Shown: positions 41,762-53,331, counted from the first letter of the whole stretch. The stretch: 63,910 nucleotides of DNA, filler included, from 6 parts of 6 records of this genome joined end to end with filler, not necessarily neighbours in it, one strand, 5' to 3'. The notes: a model not told the origin generated them from the sequence alone. Numbers and translations are program-made.

Positions 41762-42904
41762 TTACTCAAGGTATGTATATCCGTATAGTCCTGAACGGTA
41801 GTTTGATAGGAATTCTTTTCCCTCGGTTAAGGAAATTTTTCCATTTTTAACCGATGATGTTACCCATGTTTCTACTGCACGCACTAATTTTTTAGGGCTG
41901 TACTGTACATATTCTAACACTTCTGCAACTGTTTCTCCGTCAATAACTTTATCGATGCTATAGCCATTTTTGTCAGCAGAGATATGTACTGCATTTGTGT
42001 CTCCAAATAGGTTGTGAAGATCTCCCAGAATCTCTTGATAAGCCCCGACTAAAAAAACTCCAATATAATACGGCTCATTTTCTTTTACGGTATGAGCCGG
42101 TAGGTGGTGCGATAAGTTTCTTGTTGCAATAAATCGATCAATTTTACCATCACTGTCACAAGTGATATCCTGAAGTGTAGCATGGTGTGTTGGCTTTTCA
42201 TTATGACGATGAATTGGGATAATTGGAAATATTTGATCAATAGCCCATGAATCCGGTAAGGATTGAAATAGCGAGAAATTGCAAAAATATTTATCCGACA
42301 ATAACTTTGGAAGATTGTTGAATTCATCAGGAACGTGCTTTAAACTTTGCGTCATTTTATAAATATCCGACGCAATAGACCAAAATAGGCGCTCTATTTG
42401 TGCACGGGTTTTTAAATCTAACAATCCTAAGCTAAATCGATCCAAAGCTTCCTCACGAACCGATTGTGCATCATGCCATACCTCTAACATTTTGGTTTGA
42501 TTTAAAACCTCTCGCGAATAATACAATTCTTTTACCAGTTCATGATCATCATTGTTTATTTCATCTTCATCGGACCATTGAGGTACTGAGGTGGATTCTA
42601 GTACCTCAAAAACTAACAAGGAATGATGTGCTGTTAATGAACGCCCCGATTCTGTAATAACATTGGGGTGTGGAATATTATTTTTATTACTAGCATCTAC
42701 CATGCTGGAAATGGCATCGTTAACATATTCTTGAATAGAATAATTTACGCTACTTTCGCTATTTGCAGATTTAGTACCATCATAGTCAACCCCAAGACCA
42801 CCGCCAATATCAACAAAGTTGACTTTAAAACCAAGGTTGTGTAGTTGAACGTAAAACTGAGCTGCTTCACGCAACGCAATTTTTATGCGGCGTATTTTTG
42901 TTAC
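41762..42904 (-). CDS. speA: Biosynthetic arginine decarboxylase, 5'-truncated
   Basis: DIGGGLGVDYDG, ESGR, NFSLFQSLPD, DITCDSDG, GAYQEILGDLHNLFGD. Confidence 0.95.
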   Translation of the reverse strand, partial: VTKIRRIKIALREAAQFYVQLHNLGFKVNFVDIGGGLGVDYDGTKSANSESSVNYSIQEYVNDAISSMVDASNKNNIPHPNVITESGRSLTAHHSLLVFEVLESTSVPQWSDEDEINNDDHELVKELYYSREVLNQTKMLEVWHDAQSVREEALDRFSLGLLDLKTRAQIERLFWSIASDIYKMTQSLKHVPDEFNNLPKLLSDKYFCNFSLFQSLPDSWAIDQIFPIIPIHRHNEKPTHHATLQDITCDSDGKIDRFIATRNLSHHLPAHTVKENEPYYIGVFLVGAYQEILGDLHNLFGDTNAVHISADKNGYSIDKVIDGETVAEVLEYVQYSPKKLVRAVETWVTSSVKNGKISLTEGKEFLSNYRSGLYGYTYLE

Positions 42905-42906
42905 CT

Positions 42907-43006
42907 NNNNNNNNNNNNNNNNNNNNNNNNNNNNNNNNNNNNNNNNNNNNTTAATTAATTAANNNNNNNNNNNNNNNNNNNNNNNNNNNNNNNNNNNNNN
43001 NNNNNN
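42907..43006. other. Artificial contig spacer
   Basis: N-run with central TTAATTAATTAA. Confidence 0.97.
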
Positions 43007-43007
43007 G

Positions 43008-43724
43008 GAAAGCGATGTTGAGTGGCAGGCAGTTGAAGTAGAAGATCAGCTCACACTCAATGAAAACCCTGCTCCTCCAGTCCTACCTGTTCAAGAGGAG
43101 ATAAAGGAAGAGGTCACAGATATTCAGGAAGAAGATATGTTGGATGATGAACTACCAGAATATCTACATGAAGAACCAGTTGAAGAAGCTGCTGAACCAA
43201 CAGAAGAAGTCGAGAATAATAGTATAACGAGTAGCCCTGCAATCCCACTTGCCACTCCAGACAAGAATCAGGAGCTACCCGGTTATTTACACCCTCAACA
43301 GAATACATCTCAGCAGGCAAGCGAATCAATCCAGAAGAGCGATTCACTACCAGATTACCTGCAGAAATCAATGCCAACGGAAAACCACAAACAGACTTTC
43401 CCAAGCTATATTAAAGAGCATGGATCTGAGAATGCTTCTGCTGACGCTGCAACAACTCAGCCAGAAATACCAGCAGAAATGCCTGCTCCACAACCCGAGC
43501 AGGAGACAAAAGTAAATACTGAACCCAAACCCCAGCCAGCTCCTGCTCCTGAGGTCAACCAACCAGAACTACCAGAAGAACAACCAGCACCAGCAACAAT
43601 CAAAAAGGTTAGGTTTGTCTGTCCAAAATGTAAGACTCACGGCAGTCTGCCTATCGATAAAATTGGTAGCATTATATCATGCAGCAACTGTGGTAGAGCG
43701 ATGAAACTCAATATAAAAAAATAA
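43008..43724 (+). CDS. Acidic Pro/Glu-rich protein with C-terminal zinc ribbon, 5'-truncated
   Basis: Frame open from the contig edge; repeated LPxYL motifs; C-terminal CPKC-x16-CSNC. Confidence 0.75.
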   Translation, partial: ESDVEWQAVEVEDQLTLNENPAPPVLPVQEEIKEEVTDIQEEDMLDDELPEYLHEEPVEEAAEPTEEVENNSITSSPAIPLATPDKNQELPGYLHPQQNTSQQASESIQKSDSLPDYLQKSMPTENHKQTFPSYIKEHGSENASADAATTQPEIPAEMPAPQPEQETKVNTEPKPQPAPAPEVNQPELPEEQPAPATIKKVRFVCPKCKTHGSLPIDKIGSIISCSNCGRAMKLNIKK

Positions 43725-43741
43725 CAGGTTGATTGTTTATT

Positions 43742-46700
43742 ATGAGTACGAAATTTAACACTAATAACCTGTCTAAATTCGGCAGAGTTGCTCTAGACTT
43801 GAAATTTGTCAATTTAAAACAACTTGAAGAATGTCTGCAGATTCAATTTCGTTTTGAAAAGGCTGGTAAAGAAGTTCCTAAGCTTGGTCAGATCCTACTA
43901 GCTAAGAAATATATTACATCCGACCAACTCAAAACTATTCTTGAAAAGCAGAAAGACAGCAAATACAACAATGCCAGCGAATCAAGTACTGATCTGCTTA
44001 AAAGCTTTTCAGCAGGCGAAGTTGTCTATCATCCAGCTACTCAACAGGAAGCCAACCTATTTCTGCTACACGAAGGAACTATTGAAATACTTCGTAATAA
44101 TACTGTGGTCGAGACTATAGATAAAAAAGGAGAATTCTTTGGTATTGTTCCCTTTTTAATAAATACACCTTATACTGAAACCGCTAGAACAAAGACAGAT
44201 TGCAAGATCTTTATTATTCCTGGAAGAGATGTAAATAAGTTTTTATACACTAAACCTGAAATGTCACTCAAAATTGCCAAAATTCTAGCCCACAAAATTC
44301 ATGACAGTCAGCAAATTAGTAATATTATTGAGAATGATGAGTTAGAATTATCCCATGATATAAGGGATGATGCTACTTCAGATATTACATATACCCCAAG
44401 TGAGCCTGACGAGTTCGTGCAGGATAATTCAGATGAAACAGAGGATGTAAAATTTGCAGATAATGGAGTTGCGCCCCCAAAGCTCACCCCAACTCCAACT
44501 GTTGATTCTATTGCTAATGGCCAAACTGAAGAAGAACTCCTACAGGAAATTACCAAAGATCAAAACCTCACACAATCAGAAGAGGCTGAGACGACAGCAG
44601 GTGCTGACATCAGCAGTGATTTACCAATAACACCTGAAACTCCGTCACAGCCTATGTCATTGAGTTTTTCAAATATTGTCAATGCATATGAGGAAGCACC
44701 AGCTATTATTCACCCCCAGCAGGATATTTCTGACTTACTACATACAATACAGGAAACACCCGCCACTCAATTCCATAAACAGATTATTGCTGTAGTAAAA
44801 CAACAGATCAATATATATATGGAAATTGAGAACTTGGATAAAGACCGCACTGCAATACTTGAATCATATGAGACAGTACCCGAAAATATTAAAAATGAAA
44901 TCAATAAACAGCGCCGTGAAATAACAAAAATTCCTCCAGTTGAATCACTTATCAACATAAAGAATAAACTTGAAAACAAAGTCAACCCTCCTGCTCAGGC
45001 AACTGAAGAAGAAGATGAGAATCCGCAGCCACCAGTCGTAATTGAAAAAAAGCTCAGAGAGCTGCTGAATATTTCAATCAAACAGAAAGAACTACTTATT
45101 CAGCGGGCTCATGCTCAGCCTGAAGTCATTGCCACTTGTGCAACTGCTGCAACCAACGAGCCACTGTTCAAGGTTCTCCAAAAACACGATATTGACCCAA
45201 CAGCTGTATTTGGCTGGGGTATCTATGCAATGGCTATCAAAGAATATGGCAATGTGCAACTTAATAAGATAAAGAATGTCAGAAACCAGCTGTCAGGATT
45301 TGATAATGGAAACAACTCATTCGGCAAGCTTTTGAAAATGAATAAGAAGACTACAGATAACGCAGAAGAAGAATTACTCAAACTCAAAGAGAAAGAAGAG
45401 AAGCATAAACTTATTCAACTCAATACCAATCGTGAATTCAACAATATTGAAAAAGAAATGGTTAATGAATTCTGGAGCACTTACAACAAAGCGGCACATT
45501 TACTGGCTACAAATAACACCTCAGGCACAGAACTGGTACTACTCAAAGCACTATTAAGAACAGGGCTTCTCGGTCATACATCAAAATGGATTTCATACGA
45601 ACAGTGCAAACTGATACTTGAGGAGTGTGCCACACCACTCGCTAAACCAAATTACTCCACCAAATCTACATTTATATATTATGCTGATGAGGTTATCTCC
45701 TTATCTTCTTGCGGACTCCTCCCTCCTTCTCCAAATGAGGATCTAGAGTTAAATCATAGAAATTCTCCTGAATGGCGGGCAGATAGAGCCTACAGAAAGC
45801 ATATTTACCTTACAATTCATAAAAACATAATCAGTGAAATTCAGGAACTGCAACAGCATGAACTACTGACGTTACGCAAGCAGCAGGCTGAAACTGAAGA
45901 TAATTATGACAAAATACGTGGTCTGCGCTCTAACAACTCAAACACCAAGAATGAAGCCAATATACTTCGCCAACGCATACAGAAGTATAAGGTACGTAGT
46001 GCACGTCTTGAGAAACTCATAGAAAAAATTGAATTTGATATTTCCGATCGCATCAATGAAGAGATTGAAATGACTATAAAAAATCTCAGAAATAGCGGGG
46101 TGGAAATAACGCCAGAAGAGATCATAAATCACGAAGTCAAAACCCTTAGAAGAAATTCACGCCTAGTTGCCAAATTAAAGGAATCATACCCGCCATTTAT
46201 TTTGAAAGATTATTATAAACCTGAAACAGATAACACAAACAGTCGGAGTTCCCTGCTCGAATTACTCGAAGATATTCAGAAGAATGATCCTCTTATCTTC
46301 TCAGATAAGCTAATCCCATCTGCCAAGAAAATACATAGAGTTCTGGTCAGGAAGTCACCTATTATAATAATCACTCCGGTAAGGGGAATTATGGGATTTG
46401 TTATAGAGCCGAGAAACGGTGCAGAAACAGGAAGGTTTGTTCTTCCCGGCTATTATGAAAGAGCGACAATGAAGAATGAAGTGCTCTACGATTCTCTTGC
46501 AGACTTCAGGTTTGACAACAGCAAAGCCGAAGCAGGTGTCGATATAATGACTAGTGACACATTAGTGGCTGCCTACGCGACCTACAGATGGAACATGCGC
46601 AAAAAAGACAAAGAGACCAGACAGAAAGCTGGTATTTATACCGAAGAAAACGAACGTACCAACTGGCGCAAGCACTACGCAATTTACATGAAATCCGCAC

Positions 46701-46804
46701 TTGATAATGGACGCCAACTCTTTTATAAGAGTCCCGACCTTTACGAAATGATAATCAATAAGTTTATTGACTTGCCAGAAGGCTGCATTGCCTTGAAACG
46801 CTAG
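43742..46804 (+). CDS. Large protein: tandem MshEN-like motifs, cyclic-nucleotide-binding domain, acidic linker, coiled coils and unknown C-terminal domain
   Basis: KFGRVALDLKFV...LQIQ and KLGQILLAKKYITSDQL..ILEKQ; FSAGEVVY...EGTIEI...GEFFG...TARTKTDC. Confidence 0.72.
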   Translation: MSTKFNTNNLSKFGRVALDLKFVNLKQLEECLQIQFRFEKAGKEVPKLGQILLAKKYITSDQLKTILEKQKDSKYNNASESSTDLLKSFSAGEVVYHPATQQEANLFLLHEGTIEILRNNTVVETIDKKGEFFGIVPFLINTPYTETARTKTDCKIFIIPGRDVNKFLYTKPEMSLKIAKILAHKIHDSQQISNIIENDELELSHDIRDDATSDITYTPSEPDEFVQDNSDETEDVKFADNGVAPPKLTPTPTVDSIANGQTEEELLQEITKDQNLTQSEEAETTAGADISSDLPITPETPSQPMSLSFSNIVNAYEEAPAIIHPQQDISDLLHTIQETPATQFHKQIIAVVKQQINIYMEIENLDKDRTAILESYETVPENIKNEINKQRREITKIPPVESLINIKNKLENKVNPPAQATEEEDENPQPPVVIEKKLRELLNISIKQKELLIQRAHAQPEVIATCATAATNEPLFKVLQKHDIDPTAVFGWGIYAMAIKEYGNVQLNKIKNVRNQLSGFDNGNNSFGKLLKMNKKTTDNAEEELLKLKEKEEKHKLIQLNTNREFNNIEKEMVNEFWSTYNKAAHLLATNNTSGTELVLLKALLRTGLLGHTSKWISYEQCKLILEECATPLAKPNYSTKSTFIYYADEVISLSSCGLLPPSPNEDLELNHRNSPEWRADRAYRKHIYLTIHKNIISEIQELQQHELLTLRKQQAETEDNYDKIRGLRSNNSNTKNEANILRQRIQKYKVRSARLEKLIEKIEFDISDRINEEIEMTIKNLRNSGVEITPEEIINHEVKTLRRNSRLVAKLKESYPPFILKDYYKPETDNTNSRSSLLELLEDIQKNDPLIFSDKLIPSAKKIHRVLVRKSPIIIITPVRGIMGFVIEPRNGAETGRFVLPGYYERATMKNEVLYDSLADFRFDNSKAEAGVDIMTSDTLVAAYATYRWNMRKKDKETRQKAGIYTEENERTNWRKHYAIYMKSALDNGRQLFYKSPDLYEMIINKFIDLPEGCIALKR

Positions 46805-47823
46805 AACTTCCCTAAGAGATAACCCCAAATACCAGCTTGTGATATAACAAAGAATAAAGCTGTATATGCAAATAGAGCCGCGATTCTCCCTGACTGCAAT
46901 TCTTTTCTGGCGTAGTACGCATACATAATAACAAATAGTCCCGCAGATAATGCAGGCGCTCTAAGTCCGCGTGCCTCAATAATCCAAGGCACAATAAGCA
47001 TTGCCCATCCTAAAACTGAAAACCCAGTCAAACTTCTTCTGAAAAAATAGTATAACCTGCCACTAATGATTTTTTTATTCTTATGCGGATACTCCTGTGA
47101 AACATAGGGGTAAAGCATATATAGAATCAATGCAGGAGCATACCAGACAATAAACTGAAGGTTATGCCTGTGATGAAGATCGAATATTCCAGCTAGAGCA
47201 AGATAACCAGTAAATACACAGAGAGCAAATATCAATTGATTACGTGTAGGTAACCAGCGTATTCTCCTACTCAACCATATTCCGAGACACCCTGCCAGCA
47301 GCCCCACTATCGCTCCGGCAATAACATCACTCGGATAGTGCATACCATAAAAAATTCTTGAAAAGGCAACGCCGGTTGCAAGTATTGAAGAACCAACAAC
47401 TGTAGCTGTAGAAGCACTCATTATCTCAGGAAGGATAAATGCAGTCGCAGTATCCCCACTGGGAAAAGAGCTGTGCGAAGAATGGTTGGGTCGTTCCCTG
47501 CCAACAATACTTTTAACAGGATGCACCAGAATGCCCACGATTATCAGTGAGAGAATAATCTGTTTGCAAATTCTCCTGTTACCAGCTATTCCAAGACAGA
47601 TTGCCAGTAAAATCAGAACATCAGCCTTGCCAAACAGACGGACAATCTGAAATAATTCCCCAAGCCTACTCTCTTCATTTTTAGCCAGAGCTGAATAAAG
47701 CAGAGCCTGCTCACTCAAGCGACTATCAAAAATAAAGAATATCGCCATAGCTACAAGAAGAATTATAATACTTATCAGAGTCACACCGATAGACTTTCTA
47801 CTGCTATCAAACAAAAATTTCAT
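46801..47823 (-). CDS. PAP2-family membrane phosphatase
   Basis: K-x6-RP (KSIVGRERP), SFPSGD, SRIFYGMHYPSD; multiple TM helices. Confidence 0.82.
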   Translation of the reverse strand: MKFLFDSSRKSIGVTLISIIILLVAMAIFFIFDSRLSEQALLYSALAKNEESRLGELFQIVRLFGKADVLILLAICLGIAGNRRICKQIILSLIIVGILVHPVKSIVGRERPNHSSHSSFPSGDTATAFILPEIMSASTATVVGSSILATGVAFSRIFYGMHYPSDVIAGAIVGLLAGCLGIWLSRRIRWLPTRNQLIFALCVFTGYLALAGIFDLHHRHNLQFIVWYAPALILYMLYPYVSQEYPHKNKKIISGRLYYFFRRSLTGFSVLGWAMLIVPWIIEARGLRAPALSAGLFVIMYAYYARKELQSGRIAALFAYTALFFVISQAGIWGYLLGKF

Positions 47824-47828
47824 CCCTG

Positions 47829-50800
47829 CTACTCCTCACTTTCTATAACTTCTATATACTGATCATTTTTGGAATTTTCTTTTTTATCATCATCTTCCAG
47901 AGATTTAATAAGTTTAAACGGCGCTTTGATAATACTCTTACCAATCTTACCAACACCTTTGACTGTCGCTCCAACCACGCCTACCGCTCCCCCAACTCCA
48001 CCTACCACCCCAGCCGTGACCTTACCAATACCGGCAAAAATCTTACCAAAAGCAGATGTAAAGGTTGAGCCTGCATTCGCTCCACCTATATTCTGCAGAT
48101 GTATATCAAGTGGAATCGGCAAAGAAACCTTACCGGCAAGAAGACCAGCACTCAACCTAACCTGACTGTCTGTTATATAAATATCATGAATAAGAACTTC
48201 TCGTGACATCCCGTTGGAGACGGAGTCACCCGAACTGAAAACATCTTTGAGGTTATCCTCTAAAGCAGAAATATTACTTTTCTTGAGAGCCGACATCTCG
48301 TAATATGCCTCCATTTTATTGACTCCAATTCTGTTAATAATTATTTTATCACTGAAAAGAGAACGGAGATCTGGAGCAATACTTACAGTCTGCGCAAGTA
48401 TTGCCGGACGGTCTGAGTATCCTGCTGGACTCACAACCTTGACATCATCAAAAATTATTGATCTCTCAAGGCTATTCCCTCTTCCCCCAGCTACAGAGAA
48501 CGCAATTACCGCAGACGAATCACTGGATGCCAACCTAATATCTGCCCCGCCAAGCTCGATATCATTCTCCGGATTCCTGCTTATTTCGATATTAGAATTG
48601 AAAGGCGCAAAATAACGCCAGTAACTGTCATTAATTTTTATGGTACCACCATTGATTGAGCCGGAAATATTAATAGGGAAATTAATATTAAGATTACTCT
48701 GAAGTTCAGCAAGATTGAGATAACCAAGTTGAATTTCACCTTTGAGAATATCTGCAGAGCTATTTAATAACAAGTCCCTGACCTCAACATTCAACGGTTT
48801 GCCGATATTTATACTGTCAACACTCAATTTATAACGAGGCCAAGGGTCTTATGCTTCATACCATTAAGCTCTACTTCAAGGGCCTCCGATAATTTTTGCT
48901 TCTTTTACTGTAGCATCCCCACTATCATGCAATACTCCATAAAATAACAACTCCATTTTCCCTAAATACTTTTTGTTATAATGATATGGTGAAAGTGCAT
49001 TGAACTCAATCTTTGAATTCGTAAAATCAAATCCGCCTTTGGCAGCAATAGAATCCGGATTGATCTTCAAGACAATCCCCTGCTCTGAATTCTTGATACT
49101 GCCGGACATCGCCAGAACAGGCCATTTTGAGGATCTGGAAAAAAATGACATCTTCCCTGTTGCATTTCCTCGTATACTCAGGTAGTCATTTCCTGTAGTA
49201 TGCTTCAGTTTTATACTATCAAAAAGAAGATGCTCGCCCTGCAATGCTCTTATCGTAGAGCCTGGGTTGTTACCAGCAAGAAGCTTGAGCTGATTGACTG
49301 CTAGTTTGAGAGTGTCGACATTGAGGTTATTATCAATTGATGAGGCAAATTTTGAAAAGGTAAAATGCTGCAGAATATCAAAAAAGTTTAACAAAGAACC
49401 TGAAAACGCCAGTTCAGGCACAACACTAACCCGCTCCGGAGTACCTTCGGTTTCAAAACTCCTCACCTGCAGCCTGTCATTATCCTGATAATACTTCGCA
49501 TTGAATTTATATTTACCGATGAAATCAGTAGCAACCTCTGGAATAATCCCTTTCCATTCATTCATATCTGCACCAACCAAAAGATCGACATCGGATAACG
49601 ATTTATGAATACTGAAATAATCTTTTGCTATAATAATTTCAGTCATAGCAAGCGGATCAATAGTAAATTGATTCTGTGACTCAACCGAAAGCAGTGGAGC
49701 AGTATATCTAAAGGAGGAGAACTTTGACTTCGTAGCACCAGCTGAAGAGAATACTCCTTTGACAGTTGCCCCTTCAAGATACTTATTGGCAATTCTATTG
49801 CCGATAGATCCACCGATAGTTGTCAGTATTTTTTTACCGACATCAACTTCAGCACTTACAGCAGGAAATGCTTTCAATACTTTTCGCCAGTCTCCGGTCT
49901 TGATAATATTCAGATCATATGCATCCGCATTAAAACTTACTCTTGACTCACCAGTACTCAATGTAAAGTTATCAATTTTGAGTAACCTACTACTGTCATC
50001 CATATTAAGAGAAAAAGAGGAACTGCATTTAAGAACATCCTCTTCAATAGGATACTTATTCACAACAGTCGAGAAATTATTTATATTGATGCGATTGCTT
50101 ATTCCCAGAGAAATTTTGTTATCACTTATCTTTGCTGATGCATTGACAGCTTCAGTAACTTTTCCATGCAATACCAGCGGCAGCTTCCTGTCAGCAAAAA
50201 ACACCTGATATCTTTCATACAATTTATAAAAGCTGTCAAAATCCAGCACACCGCTCTGGGAAAGCTCTACTCCCCAGCCTTTATCTAATCTAGTAATTTT
50301 TGAATCCGCTTTTAAATCAATTGTCTTCTGCTTATCATGAAAATCAGCCTTGAGCAGATATACATTCTCACCTGAGAGAGAGAGTGAACCAGTAAACTCA
50401 AACGGATCCTTAACTTTATTGTGCTTTGAATATAATTCTGCCTGCCATGTTAAATTTTGCTTATCATCAATGTCAATCTTGCCGGCAACGACTTCACTAA
50501 TATCATGAATCCCCATCTTCTTAAACATATTTCTAAAACTGCTATAAAAGAATTCAAGATCTACCGAAAAATCAAGACTTGTTCTGGCTGGCAAAGCTAA
50601 TTTTTTAAAATTCAAATTTACCGGAGCACTTGTCCTCAGAGTAAGAAACGGCACAGCAAGATCAAAGTTAAAGATCCCACTCTCAACATCAAACCTACTA
50701 TTGTGCTCTAGAACACCATCCAGATTACACCGCACTTTTGAAGATAGCCTCTCGCCATCTATAACAGTTGCCACATCCTTACCAAGTAAGGAATAATTTA

Positions 50801-52064
50801 GTTTCCATGGCTTACTGATACTCCAGTTAAAAGCAGCTGTATGATCTAGTTCACCATACAGTTCGACCTCAAAAAACTTACCCAACCTTGATTTTGAAAT
50901 TTCAGAGAGGTTTGTATTACTATTCACAGTCAAAATAATACTATCCCCAAAACTCCCATTACCCTGTGCATTGAAAGAACATACCTCAGAATCGAGATAT
51001 TTCAGCTGAACTTTTATCCCAAGATTTGAGAACTCTGTCCACTCCTTCAAGAAGTTGAAGTTCCCTGCAATATCCATAGTAATTGCAGGGACATCTGGCA
51101 ATACTTCTTTATCATAATATAGAGCGAGTATCTTTTTTGATGAAAAATTTGCCTTGAAATCAACATTTTCCATAGTAGCTGACTTAAAACTAAAGTTCGC
51201 ATTCAAAGGGTCAGTAAGTTCGATTTTCAGATTGTCAAAAATCTTACTCCCAAGTCCATAATACTTCAATAGATAAGGCAGATCAAGATTTATGATATCA
51301 CCATTAATAGTAATATCCTTTATGAAGGAAAGGTGTGCACTACTGGAGAATATTTTATTTACACTATTTATTTTTTCAGAGTTGAGCTTTGCTTCCAGAC
51401 CTAACCCAACACTACCTGACTTCGAATCAGGTGATGTGCTATCACAAGAAAACTGAAATTTGAAATCATCCCCATAACTGCTCATATCAATATTAATATC
51501 AGAGACTGTACAGTCAGCCAGCTCTCCAAGTGTATCAGTTACAGTAATATTACCATTTATAATACTGACTTCGCCACTTGCTGTGTGCCAGTTAATATTC
51601 CCAAGCCATTCTTTCCAAGGCAAGTCGATAAGGTTTTCCAGCAACTGTGAAATACTTGTACTATATTCTTTCTTTCCGGTCAGGATATTTTTAATTAAAA
51701 TTCGCTCAACTTTAACGTCATAACCATCAACAGCGACCTTTAATTCCAAAGCTTTAGTTTGCAGTGTCTTCCATAAATCAACATCTACAGTAATATCACT
51801 TATATGTATAAGCTCATCATCTTTACCAGATTTAGCTGTAAAAAAATTAAACCCTTTTATATAAAATGCAGTATTAATCCACGACGTCTCAAATTCCTCA
51901 ATTTTGATAACTATATTGGAGCTCTCTGTCAAAGTTTTAATAATACTGTTTTTTATATAATCATCATTATACCTTACTTTGAGATAGCCAATACCAGCGA
52001 CAAACAAAAGCAGAAGCGTCGCAAATATATATAACAAAACTCTAAGTTTTGATTTTATTTTCAT
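47829..52064 (-). CDS. Giant AsmA-like protein (~1410 aa), interrupted near 48840-48880 by apparent compensating indels
   Basis: N-terminal TM plus AsmA-like start, beta-rich body, C-terminal AsmA/DUF748-like segment; both ORFs share a frame and are bridged by an open alternative frame (LEVELNGMKH). Confidence 0.6.
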
Positions 52065-52084
52065 GTTATATTCCGTGAAGTATT

Positions 52085-52110
52085 AAAACTTCCTGCCTAA
52101 GCAGGAAGTT
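52085..52110 (-). terminator. Hairpin / terminator
   Basis: AACTTCCTGC-CTAA-GCAGGAAGTT with adjacent A-run. Confidence 0.6.
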
Positions 52111-52144
52111 CGGTGTCAAAAGTCTAGAATCAGAAATCAAGAAA

Positions 52145-52248
52145 TCACCCATTCAGCTCTTCTTCAAATTCCATATAACTACATGCAGCATAAGGAATCG
52201 CTTTAAACAGGCTCATAGCTCCAGCCGGACAGAACCCCATGCAGCGCA
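52145..52248 (-). CDS. 3' end of a probable 4Fe-4S (ferredoxin-type) protein
   Basis: RCMGFCPAGAM...EEELNG* (CxxxCP), truncated at contig edge. Confidence 0.5.
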
Positions 52249-52348
52249 NNNNNNNNNNNNNNNNNNNNNNNNNNNNNNNNNNNNNNNNNNNNTTAATTAA
52301 TTAANNNNNNNNNNNNNNNNNNNNNNNNNNNNNNNNNNNNNNNNNNNN
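52249..52348. other. Artificial contig spacer
   Basis: N-run with central TTAATTAATTAA. Confidence 0.97.
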
Positions 52349-52431
52349 AATAGCTTTCTCTTCACTAAAAATTGAAGACCCACCAATGTTTAGTTTGATA
52401 AACCTTTAAAACTAAAAAAGTATTTTTTTAA

Positions 52432-52465
52432 TAAAATAAGCCGCATACCAAATAGGTATGCGGCT
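52432..52465 (-). terminator. Terminator of the TPP riboswitch expression platform
   Basis: Minus strand GCCGCATACC-TATTT-GGTATGCGGC followed by TTATTTT. Confidence 0.8.
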
Positions 52466-52524
52466 AGTAATTTTCTACAAATTCTGTTTTTAGTTGCACT
52501 ATTCTGCACAATCAAAAACAAGAC

Positions 52525-52610
52525 GCCGCTTCCCTACGCTGGTATTATCCAGATCAGGTTCAAAGGGTCGGAATTCTCCTCTCAGCCATTTATATGACTC
52601 CCCTAGCAAT
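52525..52610 (-). promoter_or_regulatory. TPP riboswitch (THI element)
   Basis: Minus strand CTAGGGGAGTC...GGCTGAGAGG...GACCCTTTGAACCTGATCTGGATAATACCAGCGTAGGGAAGC matches the THI consensus. Confidence 0.95.
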
Positions 52611-53219
52611 GTAAATCTAATAAATTTTACATTATCGAATAAAATCGTTAGTGCTACTTTAACTATTTTGTTTGATAATGTTTTAGATTTATAATTTACA
52701 AATCGATTATTTAATTTTATGATACTAATTTATAACTTTTGGAATGTTAAGAAATACTTAACATCTTGTGATGATTATATACTTAGTTATTTATGCTTGT
52801 CAAGAAAATAATTTTGACAACATTAAAATAATTGCCCTGAAAAACGCTGAAAATTACCATTTTACTTTAATAAACAAACAAAAGTTATTTTATAAATTTT
52901 TATCAAATACAGGATTGAAAAAGCAATTAGAGGAATTGAAAGGAACTAAAAACATATTTGATGTTTCGTACTCAAATATTGTTAATTGATTGGTTAGTTA
53001 ATCATACGATGAAAGAGGATAAACATCTTGAAAAAATTTTAAATTATCAGATTTAAAAAGGTTAGTAGGTTTTTATTTTATTTGTGACATTTTCCTTTTT
53101 TTAAATCAACAAATAATGAAGCGCAAAAAACCGATTATAAAACAAAATAGATACTTTATATAGTTTATGAACAGAATAAAGGGTAATTATATTTATAACG
53201 TAGAAAAATCTGCATCTAC

Positions 53220-53255
53220 CGTGTTCTATTTTGACACTAGTCAAAATAGAACACG
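53220..53255. repeat. Perfect 16-bp inverted repeat
   Basis: CGTGTTCTATTTTGAC-ACTA-GTCAAAATAGAACACG. Confidence 0.85.
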
Positions 53256-53302
53256 AACAAATTCTATAAAAAGTGTTTTTTTGCCGTAATAAAATTCGAT
53301 TA

Positions 53303-53331
53303 TTGACAGCTCGATCAGTTTAATGTATAAT
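53303..53331 (+). promoter_or_regulatory. Consensus sigma70/sigmaA promoter
   Basis: TTGACA-17 nt-TATAAT, then GGAGG (53339-53343) before ATG 53351. Confidence 0.85.

Noticed and set aside
52494-52989. Short ORFs 52494-52694 and 52768-52989
   Set aside because: The first is antisense to the TPP riboswitch; the second is AT-rich with no RBS or recognisable motif
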